From Blastocatellia bacterium (GTDB lineage: Bacteria; Acidobacteriota; Blastocatellia; UBA7656), in NCBI GenBank assembly GCA_035455165.1, contig DATIFP010000196.1, positions 24,237 through 88,236 of the forward strand: 64,000 nt of DNA, given 5' to 3'. The notes beneath the pieces were generated by a model. That model did not search any database. It saw nothing but the letters and a program-made list of their open reading frames with translations, and was not told where the DNA came from. A program made the position numbers and the translations under genes. Shown in pieces: positions 1 to 10,500 of the stretch. The first letter of the stretch is position 1. The number at the start of each line of letters is the position of its first letter.

Positions 1-1
1 G

Positions 2-1651
2 ACCGATCCTTACACGCCGCTGTTTAGAGCGTATGAGGAGGACAAAGTCCAGGTCCGTATTCTGGTGGGCGCGCACGAAGAAGGCCACAACTTCAGCGTG
101 CACGGCGTCAGGTGGCTGTTCGAGCCTTCCAGCGCCAATTCCGGATGGCGCAACAGCCAGATGATGGGCATCAGCGAGCACTTCGAGTTCGTGGTGCCAA
201 GAGTCACAGTGGTCGATAGCGGCAAGGCGTTTGCTGACTTCCTGTATAAGCCGGGTTCCTCGGTCGACGATCTGTGGAACGGCATGTGGGGGATCCTTCG
301 AAGTTATCAGGGAAAGCGAACCGATTTGCTGACGCTGCCGAATAACCCCAACGGCAAGGCTCCAAACATAACCAACGCGAGCAGCTTCAACGGGGTCTGT
401 CCCACAACTGCTCCCGTTAGAAGCTCCGACGTCAGTGCCGTATTGGCGCGGGACGTGCTCCCTCAAGGGAAGCTGATCTACAATCCTCGCACTAATCTCG
501 GGTCCGTCAACCCGCCCGGACCGATCAACGATCCAACGGCGATCCTGTTCGTTAGGACAGACGACCTGGATTACAACGGCAACCTCAAACCCGGAGTTGC
601 GGTCGAGCCGCTCGTGCTTCGGGCTAACGCCGGCGACTGCATCAAGGTTACGCTGCGCAACAAACTGTCGTTTACGATGCCTGACCTCGACGGCTTCAAC
701 ACGCTGCCGATGATCGTAGACAACTTCAACGCAAACCAGATCACACCCGGAAGGCGAGTGGGACTGCATCCGCAACTGTTGACCTACAGCATCACCGAGG
801 ACGACGGGGCGGATGTGGGATTCAACCCAATACAAACCGCCAACGTGGGAGAGGTCGTGACCTATCAGTGGTACGCCGGAGACGTGAAACTGTCCGGAAG
901 CACGCTGATTGCCACTCCGATCGAGTTTGGCGCTACGAACCTGATCTCGTCAGACCCGATCAAGCATAGCAACAAGGGGGCGATTGCGGCGGAAATCATC
1001 GAGCCGCAAGGCTCGACGTGGACTTGGGACTCAGGGCCCAGGCGAGCTTCAGCTACAATTGACCCGCCGGGCTCGGGTAACGCATTCAGGGAGTTCGTCC
1101 TGTTTGCGCAGAACGACGTCAACTTCAGATTCGGCGATGGATCGCCCATACCGATCATCGCGGAAGAAGAGGATCCCGAAGACGGTTCGGGCAAGGCGTT
1201 CAACTATCGCACCGAGCCGATGTGGGCCCGGTTGGGCTACGCGCCCGATACCCCGCTGACGATAACTCGCACGTTCGACTTCACCAACGCGCTTTCGAAC
1301 ATTCAGGTCGGAGGTGATCCGGTCACCCCGATCTTCACCGCGTCGGATGGAGACCGCGTGCGCTTCCGAGTGTTGATGCCCGGTGGGCATGGACGCAACA
1401 ACATATTCGTGGTCCACGGCCATGCGTGGCAGGAGGAGCCGTTTGCCAGCAGCTCTACGGTGATCGGTTCCAATCCGCGCTCTGAAGTCAAGGGAGCCGA
1501 GATGGGCGTTGGTCCTTCGTTCCACTTCAATGCTGTTCCGTTGAATGGAGCTGGCGGGAAGTTCGGGGTCCCAGGCGATTACCTGTACCGAACTTTCCAG
1601 TCATTCCAATTTGACGGAGGTATGTGGGGTATCTTCCGAGTCACGCCATAA
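2..1651 (+). CDS. 5'-truncated paralog (C-terminal ~550 aa) of the giant multicopper-oxidase-like protein; the gene begins upstream of the window
   Basis: Reading frame is open from nt 2. The translation (DPYTPLFRAYEEDKVQVRILVGAHEEGHNFSVHG...) aligns at roughly 55-60% identity to residues ~1180-1733 of the 7523..12724 product. Shared blocks include AHEEGHNF, NSQMMGISEHFEF, LRANAGDC, KHSNKGA and GGHGRNN..HGH. Stop at 1649-1651. Confidence 0.8.
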   Translation, partial: TDPYTPLFRAYEEDKVQVRILVGAHEEGHNFSVHGVRWLFEPSSANSGWRNSQMMGISEHFEFVVPRVTVVDSGKAFADFLYKPGSSVDDLWNGMWGILRSYQGKRTDLLTLPNNPNGKAPNITNASSFNGVCPTTAPVRSSDVSAVLARDVLPQGKLIYNPRTNLGSVNPPGPINDPTAILFVRTDDLDYNGNLKPGVAVEPLVLRANAGDCIKVTLRNKLSFTMPDLDGFNTLPMIVDNFNANQITPGRRVGLHPQLLTYSITEDDGADVGFNPIQTANVGEVVTYQWYAGDVKLSGSTLIATPIEFGATNLISSDPIKHSNKGAIAAEIIEPQGSTWTWDSGPRRASATIDPPGSGNAFREFVLFAQNDVNFRFGDGSPIPIIAEEEDPEDGSGKAFNYRTEPMWARLGYAPDTPLTITRTFDFTNALSNIQVGGDPVTPIFTASDGDRVRFRVLMPGGHGRNNIFVVHGHAWQEEPFASSSTVIGSNPRSEVKGAEMGVGPSFHFNAVPLNGAGGKFGVPGDYLYRTFQSFQFDGGMWGIFRVTP

Positions 1652-1666
1652 CTTGTTCACCTGGGC

Positions 1667-1698
1667 GGAATGCAGCTTGCCCTGGCAGGCTGCATTCC
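1667..1698 (+). terminator. GC-rich hairpin (10-bp perfect stem GGAATGCAGC/GCTGCATTCC, 12-nt loop) 16 nt after the stop of the truncated oxidase paralog; no clear U-tract
   Basis: Inverted repeat read directly from the sequence. Confidence 0.4.
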
Positions 1699-1933
1699 AA
1701 ATTCGATGGTTGTTCGTTTCTCGGCGCCCGCTGCGAGCTTTGAGACCTTGCGCGAACCTTGAACAGGTTCGCGAACCCCGGCAAGGAGCTTGAAGGCGCG
1801 CAGCGGGCGCGCAACAGATCAACCCTGGAGTTGACGATGACGGCGCTCGACGAAGGGCCTGCTCGAAGCCGGATGCCTTCCGCCCGCGCTGATTCACCTT
1901 TCCGCACGCACCCACCCGCTCGTCCGATTTCGT

Positions 1934-1962
1934 AAGCCTCTCCTTGACAATACAAAAATCGG
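1934..1962 (+). promoter_or_regulatory. Candidate sigma70-type promoter (TTGACA, 17-nt spacer, TAGATT) upstream of the sensor kinase gene
   Basis: Exact -35 hexamer at 1934-1939; the -10-like hexamer at 1957-1962 matches 4/6; about 145 nt upstream of the 2107 start. Confidence 0.3.
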
Positions 1963-2106
1963 GAGATAGATTACGCGCTGACAGCACTGCGTACGCTTTA
2001 TCTCCTAAAGTGTGGAACAAAAATCTCCTCCCAGGCGGTGGTGTCGCACGGTTGCCGGTAGCGACGGGAGGGTACCCTCGGTTAATTGCCCCTGAGCCGG
2101 AGGATC

Positions 2107-3558
2107 ATGAAAAAGATCGGCAGCTTCAAGCTCATCATCTTTTTCACAGCGCTCACCGTAGTCCTGACGTGGCTGGTGATTTTTGGTTACGAGAGCTATC
2201 TGCGCGGGCCCTTCTATTCGTGGGTCGAAGCACGATATCCCGGCGACAAGCCGCTTCAAGAAACGATCGAACAACGAGTCGAACATTTCTGGATATCGAC
2301 GATGGTCGATGTGATAGTCGTGACGCTGCTGCTCGGCCTGGTCAATCGCCAGCAAAGAAAGGTGAGAGAAAGCGAGAAGCGTTACCGGGCGCTGTTCGAG
2401 CACGCCGGGGACGGAATCGGCGTGGTGACCGCGCTCGATCACTTGCTCGTCGATGCAAACAAGAAGTTCGGGGACATTCTCGATCTCAACCACCAGGCGA
2501 TCGTCGGCAAGCACATCTCCGAAATAATAGACGTGGTTGGGGACGGCCCGGAACATCGCCTGCTTTCGAAGCTATGCGATAAGGGCGCCGACGAAGCCGG
2601 CGAGTGGTCGGATGAAGAGGAGCTCGATATTCGCACCGGGGCGGGTTCTCAAGTGACGGTTGCCGCATCGTGCAGCAAGCTGTCGACAGGTAAACAGCGG
2701 TTTTTCATACTCATCATCCGGGACGTAACCGAGCGCAAGCGGCTCCATCGAGAGAGGCAGGAGATAGAACGCCAGCTCTTCCAGCAGTCGAAGCTGGCGT
2801 CGCTCGGCGAGCTGTCCGCGGGCGTGGCTCACGAGATAAATAACCCGCTCAATTGCATTGTGAATTTCGCCCAGCTGCTAAGAGACGACGGCGTGGCTCG
2901 CAACGAAATGGAACGGCGCATGGTCGACGGGATAATTGAGGAAGGCGATCGAATAGCCAGCATCGTACGAAACCTGTTGACCTTCGCTCGCCAGGATTCT
3001 AATAAGCCGACCGCCGTGTCGGTCATACGCGTCATCGGGGACTCAGTCTCATTGTTCGGCAGCCAACTCGAACGGGATGGGATAACGCTCGAGCTGGAAT
3101 CAGATCCTGAAATCTATCCGGTGCGCGCCGATGCGACGAGGCTTCGCCAGGTGGTGGTCAACATGATCAGCAACGCGCATTACGCCCTGAAGGGGAAGGC
3201 GCCCGGAGAAAGGTTGTTTCGCATAACGGCGCGCAACGCGGGGCGCGCGGGTGAACGGGTCGTTCGCATGGAGTTCTACGACAACGGCCCGGGCGTTCCA
3301 AGCAAGAACGTAGACAAGATTTTCGATCCTTTCTTTACTACTCGGCGAGACAGCGGTGGAACCGGCCTGGGGCTTAGCCTGAGCTTTGGCATCATACGAG
3401 ATTACGGCGGACAGATATGGGTCGAGAGTGAAGAAGGCAGATACACGCGATTCATTGTAGAGCTGCCGGCTGAAGTCTCTCGGGAGGCGGAGTATGCCGA
3501 AAGTCTTGCTGGTGGACGACGAGCCGAACATACGCTGGACGATGGCGGAGCTGCTTAA
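2107..3558 (+). CDS. Membrane-anchored PAS sensor histidine kinase
   Basis: GGAGGA Shine-Dalgarno sequence just before ATG 2107 (the ORF tool start at 2086 is less likely). N-terminal transmembrane segments, then a PAS-like segment. H-box LGELSAGVAHEINNPLN. HATPase_c motifs (DNGPGVP, GGTGLGLS). Confidence 0.85.
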   Translation: MKKIGSFKLIIFFTALTVVLTWLVIFGYESYLRGPFYSWVEARYPGDKPLQETIEQRVEHFWISTMVDVIVVTLLLGLVNRQQRKVRESEKRYRALFEHAGDGIGVVTALDHLLVDANKKFGDILDLNHQAIVGKHISEIIDVVGDGPEHRLLSKLCDKGADEAGEWSDEEELDIRTGAGSQVTVAASCSKLSTGKQRFFILIIRDVTERKRLHRERQEIERQLFQQSKLASLGELSAGVAHEINNPLNCIVNFAQLLRDDGVARNEMERRMVDGIIEEGDRIASIVRNLLTFARQDSNKPTAVSVIRVIGDSVSLFGSQLERDGITLELESDPEIYPVRADATRLRQVVVNMISNAHYALKGKAPGERLFRITARNAGRAGERVVRMEFYDNGPGVPSKNVDKIFDPFFTTRRDSGGTGLGLSLSFGIIRDYGGQIWVESEEGRYTRFIVELPAEVSREAEYAESLAGGRRAEHTLDDGGAA

Positions 3559-5053
3559 GCGCGAAGGCTTCGAAGCGCTCACCGCGTCGGATTTCGAGAG
3601 CGCCATTTCGGTTGTCGAGAACAACGCTATCGATGCAGCCCTCGTAGATATCGTTCTGCCATCGAAAAGCGGGGTCGAGATTCTGAAGGCCCTTCAAGAA
3701 CGCGAACCCTATGTGCCCGTCATAATGGTGACGGGCGAGCCTAACATTTCTCAGATGCCAGAGATCGTGCGGGCAGGCGCGTACGACTTCCTTGCCAAGC
3801 CCGTGGTTAAGGATGTTCTGATCGCTGCTGTCTCGAGGGCGGTCGCGCACAAGCAGCTCCTGGACGAGAAGCGCCGGTTGGAGGAACAAATCAAACGGCA
3901 TGCCGAGGAACTCGAGCTGACCGTGGCAGAGCGAACGCACGAACTCGCCGAGGCTCACAATTTTCTCAACACCGTGCTCGACAGTTCGACCGAACACGCC
4001 ATCATCGCCGTAGATGCTCGAGGCTTGATTATGCTGTTCAACCGCGGCGCCGAGAATATGCTCGGATACAGCGTCCGCGAGGCATTGGGAAGTGATCCGC
4101 GAAAACTGGTGGGAAGCGAAGCATATCGAGGCGGATCGCCGTTTGGTCGTTGGGCAAGACAAGTCCGGGGCGAAGGGCGCCACAAGGCGGAAGTAGTACT
4201 CCGGCGAGCGAACGAAGAGAGATTCACCGCCTCGGTCACCGTAACACCGATCCAGGAGCAAGGTGGGCCATTGCTCGGGTACCTGTGCGTGGTGAAGGAC
4301 CTGACCGAGGAGCGACACAACGAGGAGCGTCTCCGCCAATTGAGCGCCCGGCTTGCTCACCATGAGAAGATTGCGGCGCTTGGCCGCATGGCTGCGCAGC
4401 TCGCTCACGAGATAAAGAACCCTCTGGCCGGGCTGAAACTCTACTCGCGGCACCTAAAAAACAAGATCGCGGGCAAGATCCCTCCAGCGGAAGAAAGCCT
4501 GGTCGACAAGATTAACGATGGCATAGATCAGCTTTCGGAGACTGCCGAACAGGTTCTCAGTTTCGCGCGCCCGATCACGTTGACGCCCCGTCCTGTCGAT
4601 CTCAACAGCGTCATCACCGCTTCGCTGGAGTTGGTCGAGCCGCAGCTGAGCGCCAGGAGAATCAAGGTTGAGTTGAACCTGAAGCAGCCAGGAGCCCGAG
4701 GGACAATCGACGAAGCCGCCATGCGCTCGACTTTGATAAACCTCCTGCTCAACTCGATCCAGGCGATGAGCGAGGGCGGGGAGCTCAGAGTATCAACCGA
4801 CGCGGGCGATCAGGAGCTTCGCGTGGAGATAGCCGATACAGGCTCCGGGATGACTGACGAGGAGGTGAAACACATATTCGAGCCGTTCTATACCACCAAG
4901 AGCCAGGGGTTAGGCCTCGGGCTCTTCTTTGCGGCTACGGTAATCGAACAGCACAGCGGATCAGTCGATGTGAAGAGCCAACCCGGAAAGGGCACTAAGA
5001 TTACTATAAAGCTGCCGATGGGGAGGGGAAAGGCCGATGGGGTCAGCGGGTAG
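3494..5053 (+). CDS. Hybrid two-component protein: N-terminal receiver, PAS, HisKA and HATPase_c
   Basis: Begins MPKVLLVDDEP, a classic receiver start, and overlaps the preceding kinase gene by 65 nt in another frame. PAS (AIIAVDARGLIMLFNRGAENMLGY). H-box AAQLAHEIKNPLAG. ATP-lid (DTGSGM, GLGLGL). Confidence 0.85.
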   Translation: MPKVLLVDDEPNIRWTMAELLKREGFEALTASDFESAISVVENNAIDAALVDIVLPSKSGVEILKALQEREPYVPVIMVTGEPNISQMPEIVRAGAYDFLAKPVVKDVLIAAVSRAVAHKQLLDEKRRLEEQIKRHAEELELTVAERTHELAEAHNFLNTVLDSSTEHAIIAVDARGLIMLFNRGAENMLGYSVREALGSDPRKLVGSEAYRGGSPFGRWARQVRGEGRHKAEVVLRRANEERFTASVTVTPIQEQGGPLLGYLCVVKDLTEERHNEERLRQLSARLAHHEKIAALGRMAAQLAHEIKNPLAGLKLYSRHLKNKIAGKIPPAEESLVDKINDGIDQLSETAEQVLSFARPITLTPRPVDLNSVITASLELVEPQLSARRIKVELNLKQPGARGTIDEAAMRSTLINLLLNSIQAMSEGGELRVSTDAGDQELRVEIADTGSGMTDEEVKHIFEPFYTTKSQGLGLGLFFAATVIEQHSGSVDVKSQPGKGTKITIKLPMGRGKADGVSG

Positions 5054-6452
5054 AATTCTGGTGGTCGATGATGAGAGCAGCGTCACCGACGCACTCGCAC
5101 TGATACTCGGCGATCGAGGCTACGAGATCCAGACCGCCGGTGCGGTTGCAGAAGCGGTCGAGTTGCTTGCGCGCCGCCCTGTCGACCTGGTCTTAACCGA
5201 CCTCAGGTTGAGCGATTCGACCGGACTCGAGCTCCTGACTCGCATAAAGCAAAACACGCCAGAAACCGAAGTCATACTGATGACCGCCCACGGCTCGCTC
5301 GACGTGACCATCGATGCCATCAAGAAGGGCGCGTACTATTATCTCGAAAAGCCATTCACCCCCGACCAGGTTCTAATGCTGGTCGAGCGAGCCATTGAAC
5401 TCGCAAGCGTCAAGCGTGAAAACCGAGCGCTAAAGCGCACGGAAGAAGCGAGAGCCTTCGGGATGGTGGGGCGGACGCCGAAGATGCTGGAGATCTATGA
5501 GACAATCCGCGCGACCGCGCCGTCCGAAGCATCGGTTCTGATCGAGGGCGAGAGCGGGACCGGCAAGGAGTTGATCGCCTCCGCCTTTCATTCGCATAGC
5601 AACCGCGCCCGCGCGCCGTTCGTGCGAATCAACTGTGCCGCCATCCCGCGCGATCTGATCGAATCGGAGCTGTTCGGTTACAAGAAAGGCGCCTTTACGG
5701 GAGCCGATCGCGACAAACGCGGACTGATCGAAGCGGCGTCGGGGGGAACACTGCTGCTGGACGAAGTCGCCGAGATGCCCGCGCATCTTCAAACCAAATT
5801 GCTCCGCGTGCTCCAGGACCGACGGGTTCGGCGTGTGGGTGATGAACAGGAGATTGGGATCGACTTCAGGCTTGTGGCGGCCACCAACCGCAGCACCGCG
5901 GAGGCCATGAAGCAGGGGGTTCTGCGCGAAGACCTCTACTTTCGAATCAGCACCATCAAGATAACCGTGCCGCCGCTCCGTGAGCGGTTGGACGACCTGC
6001 CCCTGCTTGCCGAAGAGATCTTGCAAAGATATGCGGGCAAGTACGGCAAAGTCATTCGCGGCGTATCGCAAGCCGCCTACTCGCTGCTTTCGCGCTATGA
6101 CTGGCCCGGCAACGTCCGTGAGCTCGAGAGCGTCATCGAACGGGCTGTTCTGTTTTGCCCGGACGCACAACTCGGCCCCGAGCATCTCCCCGATCACCTT
6201 AGGAGCGCGCGAGAGGGGAGCTTTCGATGTGAGATACCTCCCTATCTGACTCTGGAAGAGATCGAGCGGGAGGCCATCGAGCAGACGCTCGAGCGCACCG
6301 GGGGCAACGTCAAGAAAACCGCTCAGATCCTCAACATGCACCGCCCTACCCTTTACCGGAAACTTAGACGATTCGGGCTCAAGCGCGGCGTTTCAGGGGA
6401 AGATGAGACAATATCGATTGGAATAGGATCTTCGACTCAGACTCCGAGCTAG
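5037..6452 (+). CDS. Sigma54-dependent transcriptional response regulator (NtrC family)
   Basis: Receiver (ILVVDDE...DLRLSD). AAA+ sigma54-interaction domain (GESGTGKE Walker A, ESELFGY, GAFTGA-like KGAFTGA). C-terminal Fis-type HTH (KTAQILNMHRPTLYRKLRRFGL). 17-nt overlap with the upstream gene. Confidence 0.9.
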   Translation: MGSAGRILVVDDESSVTDALALILGDRGYEIQTAGAVAEAVELLARRPVDLVLTDLRLSDSTGLELLTRIKQNTPETEVILMTAHGSLDVTIDAIKKGAYYYLEKPFTPDQVLMLVERAIELASVKRENRALKRTEEARAFGMVGRTPKMLEIYETIRATAPSEASVLIEGESGTGKELIASAFHSHSNRARAPFVRINCAAIPRDLIESELFGYKKGAFTGADRDKRGLIEAASGGTLLLDEVAEMPAHLQTKLLRVLQDRRVRRVGDEQEIGIDFRLVAATNRSTAEAMKQGVLREDLYFRISTIKITVPPLRERLDDLPLLAEEILQRYAGKYGKVIRGVSQAAYSLLSRYDWPGNVRELESVIERAVLFCPDAQLGPEHLPDHLRSAREGSFRCEIPPYLTLEEIEREAIEQTLERTGGNVKKTAQILNMHRPTLYRKLRRFGLKRGVSGEDETISIGIGSSTQTPS

Positions 6453-6666
6453 ATGGGTCCAGCCCAGCCAATCCAGGCCAGCCCTGAGCCATCGTCGACA
6501 GTCTCGATAACATGCGCTCGAGGCGCGGCCGTGGATTGCATTTTGCATCACAAACTGCGGTATTAAATCCCGTTGAGCCGAGAATCCTGCCCCTCGTATT
6601 GGTTCCGTCAGTCGGCTGTGCGCGTGGTTTCTGGCTGCGATAGAAAGACGTTGCAGAGGGAGCCTG

Positions 6667-7038
6667 ATGTCCGTGGGAATGACAGTCCTGGTAGTTGATG
6701 ACGAGCCCAGTGTTCGCGATGCCCTCGAGTTGATCTTGAGCGACAGCGGCTATTTCGTTCTTGCCTCGATGAGTGGGCGGGACGCGCTCGGCAAAGCGCA
6801 CAGGCAAAGGATCGACGTCGCGATCGTCGACGTCGAACTGCCAGATATGTCTGGGCTCGATGTTCTTCGTCATCTCCGGGAAAAAGACCCAGGCCTTCAA
6901 GTCATTGTTATTACGGCGAACCCCACTCCCGCGATAGTCCAAGAAGCGAGAAAGCGAGGCGCGGCTGATTGTCTGCATAAGCCCTTTCACCCCGCGGACA
7001 TTGTCGATGCGATCCAAAGTGCTTTGGCGAGACCGTAG
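6667..7038 (+). CDS. Stand-alone CheY-like receiver domain protein
   Basis: 123 aa, VLVVDDEPSVRDALE...DVAIVDVELPDMSG...KPF; no output domain. Confidence 0.8.
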   Translation: MSVGMTVLVVDDEPSVRDALELILSDSGYFVLASMSGRDALGKAHRQRIDVAIVDVELPDMSGLDVLRHLREKDPGLQVIVITANPTPAIVQEARKRGAADCLHKPFHPADIVDAIQSALARP

Positions 7039-7354
7039 GCGCCTGAGCCCCAGCACCTGGTCATCAATAATAGAGGTCACACTATGGTTTATGTTGAATC
7101 ATACAGACGAACTGTTGATTCACAATAGAACACGGTCGGTATGCGCCCGGAAGAATGCGGTGTCGCTAACAGAGTACGAATCAGGGCTTTCTGGTTTCTT
7201 TGTGACAGTCGGCACATCGTTTGCTCGTTGGGGTGCAGCGGCTCGGCGCCTTAATCCGAAGCGGCCGATGCGCGCTAGGGTTTGCTCTAGTCTGTGATCC
7301 ATAGCCCCGAAATCCACCTTTGAATTCCGGGCCCTGTAGTTAGCCGTTCTGATG

Positions 7355-7370
7355 GCTCACGCTGAGCAGG
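7355..7370 (+). promoter_or_regulatory. Candidate sigma54 -24/-12 element (TGGCTC-N7-GAGCA) about 150 nt upstream of the giant oxidase gene
   Basis: GG at 7356-7357 and GC at 7368-7369 have the canonical 12-bp spacing; the -24 box matches TGGCAC 5/6, the -12 box is a weak match (GAGC vs TTGC). An NtrC-type activator is encoded immediately upstream. Confidence 0.25.
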
Positions 7371-7522
7371 CCAAATACATTCGAGTCCAATCATAGCCTG
7401 GAGGCTGGCGGGCTTCTGCTGGATGCGTCACCGCCGGCCTAGGGATCAGTCAACACAGCATTCGCTTCGGCGCTCATGGCCCTGGGTGCACAGGAGTAGT
7501 TTACCCATTCGAGGGGAGGGGA

Positions 7523-10500
7523 ATGATTATGAGTCGCAAAAATCGCTTGTTGCGGTTTGTGATGGGCGGCCTAGTCGCCCTGGCATTTCTCGCCATTCCT
7601 GATCCAGCCAATGCGCAATTCCAAATACCGGCGGATGGCGCAGGAGGCGGTGGAACCGCGCCGGGTTGCAATCGAACCGTTAATGCCAATGTCGTTGCGT
7701 TGGATCAGGTATTTTTCTGGAATCGTCTCGGAGCGGTGCAGCCGCAAGGGATGATCTTCGCTCTCGAGCGAGACGTCGTCGCGTCCGACCCGGCCAAGCC
7801 GATCGGCGCGGGCAACGTCAAACTCAGAGAAGACAAACGCCCGCGACCGATAGTGCTTCGGATGAACGTGGGCGATTGCCTGCGAATCAACTTCAAAAAC
7901 CTGTTGAATCCGGTTCCGGTCGATCAGGAACAAACGGTCACTCGTGTGGCTTCCATTCGGGCGAACGGGTTGCAACTGGTAACCAGCATCGCCGATGACG
8001 GCTCGAACGTTGGAAGAAACGCCAGCAGCCTGGTTCCTCCCGGTGGGGGCGCCGTTTACACGTTCTACGCAGAGCGCGAAGGCGGCTACATGCTGTACAG
8101 CATGGGTTCGACGACCGGCGGCGAAGGGGATGGCGGACAACTCAACGCCGGGCTCTTTGGCGCAGTCACCGTACAACCCACCGGCGCTGAGTGGTACAGA
8201 AGCCAGGTTACGCAAAATGACCTGGAGCTCGCCACCAAAACCAAAACACCGGACGGCCACCCGGTGGTGGACTACAACGCGGTCTATCCGAAGGACCATC
8301 CGCGAGCCGGGCTCCCCATTTTGAAGATGACGCGTGAGGGGTTTGCCGGGCCCGAGATCGTACATACTGATCTCAACGCTATCATCACTGGACCAGGCGC
8401 GGACGGTTTCAACGGGTGGTACAAAGACACCCCGGTGAATCCGAACCGCAACCGTCCCTATCGTGAATTCACCATCATCTACCACGACGAGATCGGGGCG
8501 GTCCAAGCTTTCCCGCAGTTCGAAAGCCAGCCACCTCCAAATGAGAACCCGCTCAAGTTCACGCTTCATAGCGTGAGAGATGCTTTTGCGATCAACTACG
8601 GCACCGGAGGAATCGGCGCCGAAATCCTTGCGAATCGCCTGGGCGTTGGGCCGATGGCGAATTGCGTCGAGTGCAAGTACGAAGAGTTCTTCCTCACGTC
8701 ATGGGCGGTGGGCGACCCGGCGATGGTCGTGGATAAGCCGGCCAACGCCCCATGCACGATCGAAGACATAAGGAAGGCGAACATGGGTTGCGGCCCGGCC
8801 CCGGGGTTCAAGGCCACCAAGGCTTTCTACCCGGATGATCCATCCAACGTGCATCACAGCTACATAAACGATCACGTGAAGATGAGGATCCTGCACGGCG
8901 GGTCGAAGGAACATCACATTCATCACCTGCACGCGCATCAGTGGGTGCACACGCCCGACAACGACGACTCCGCGTATCTCGACAGTCAAGCGATCGGGCC
9001 GGGCGCCGCTTTCACGTTAGAGATCACCTACAACGGCACCGGCAATCGCAACAAGGTTGTCGGCGATTCGATCTTCCACTGCCACTTCTATCCGCACTTC
9101 GCGATGGGGATGTGGGAGTTGTGGCGCGCTCACGATGTATTCGAGTCGGGAACCGTGCTCGACGAGAAGGGCCGGCCCGCGCCTGGCTCGCGCGCGCTGC
9201 CCGACGCCGAGATTCTGGCAGGCACGCCGATTCCCGCACTGGTTCCGGTCCCGACGATGCCGATGGCTCCGCTTCCGGAAGTCAAGGTGTCGATTGTTAA
9301 CGGACAGGTGCAAATCGAGCAGGGGAAATTCGGACCGCTGCCGGGCAACCCGGGATACCCGTTCTTCATTCCCGCGGTCGCCGGACATCGTCCCCCCACT
9401 GCACCGCTGGACGTAGTGGATGACGGCGGACTACCGCGTCACGTGATCCTCGATGGAAAGTTCACCGAGGTTCACACCCGGCTCGACTTCAGCAAGGTCC
9501 TCGATCTTGCCATCGCAGAGGCGCGACCGGAAGCTGGAACGCCCGTGGAGAAGGAAGCCATGAGGTTTCACGGCATCCGCTTCCACCCGACCTGCCTTCC
9601 AAACGGCATTTGCGATCAGGCAATCGATCCTACCCAGATAGGCGCGAATATCAAATTCGTCACCAACGGGCTGCCCAGAAAGACCGACGCCAACCCGCTT
9701 GGAGCACAACCGGGCGCGCCTTACGCGGATCCCTGCGTTGACGACAATGGGAAGGCCGTGGGCGTCGCGCGCATGTACAAGGCGGCCGGCATTCAGATAG
9801 ACGCGAAGCTGAACAAGGCAGGCTGGCACTTCCCGCAGCAGCGAATCCTTGCGCTGTGGGGTGACGTCAAAGCCCTGGGTGGCCTCCCCGGCCAGCCACA
9901 GCCGACGTCGCCATCCAAGCCGCCTGAGCCGTTCTTCTTCCGCGCCAACACCAACGACTGCATAACGTTCTACCATACCAACCTGATGCCCAGCGTCTAC
10001 GCGCTGGACGACTACCAGGTCAGAACGCCGACCGACATCATCGGACAGCATATTCACCTCGTGAAGTTCGATGTGACTTCTTCGGACGGCTCCGGGAATG
10101 GTTGGAACTATGAAGACGGCACATTCAGTCCCGACGAGGTGATCGAGCGAATCGATGCGATCAACCTGGGCGGCGGATTGATAGTTCCTCCAGTCGTAGG
10201 CGACGGTCCGACACTCCTCGTAAAACTGGAACCGAAGCCGCATCCGTTCTTCGGCACGCTCGGCGCGCGGACGACGACTCAGCGCTGGTATGCCGACGAC
10301 ACCTTGAACAATGCGGGCGTCGATCGGACGCTGCGCACCGTATTCACACACGACCACTTCGGCCCTTCGACTCACCAACAGGTGGGTTTGTATGCCGGTC
10401 TGGTAATCGAACCGACTGGTTCGAAGTGGCGCGATCCGGAGACCGGTCAAATCCTCGGCGGGCAAGGCGTACCGCCTCCGAGGTTTGATGGAGGCCCGAC

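Noticed and set aside
3494-3558. Considered whether the 65-nt kinase/hybrid-kinase overlap signals a frameshifted pseudogene.
   Set aside because: Both ORFs are full length with complete domain complements. The second starts with a canonical receiver N-terminus; overlap-based coupling is more parsimonious.
5430-6341. 303-aa minus-strand ORF opposite the NtrC-family gene.
   Set aside because: Antisense to a confidently identified sigma54 activator; no domain signal; typical GC artefact.
7001-7317. Small ORFs (98 aa plus strand, 65 aa minus strand) in the intergenic region upstream of the oxidase.
   Set aside because: No RBS or domain signal. The region more likely holds the oxidase promoter, sigma54 enhancer sites and the 5' UTR.
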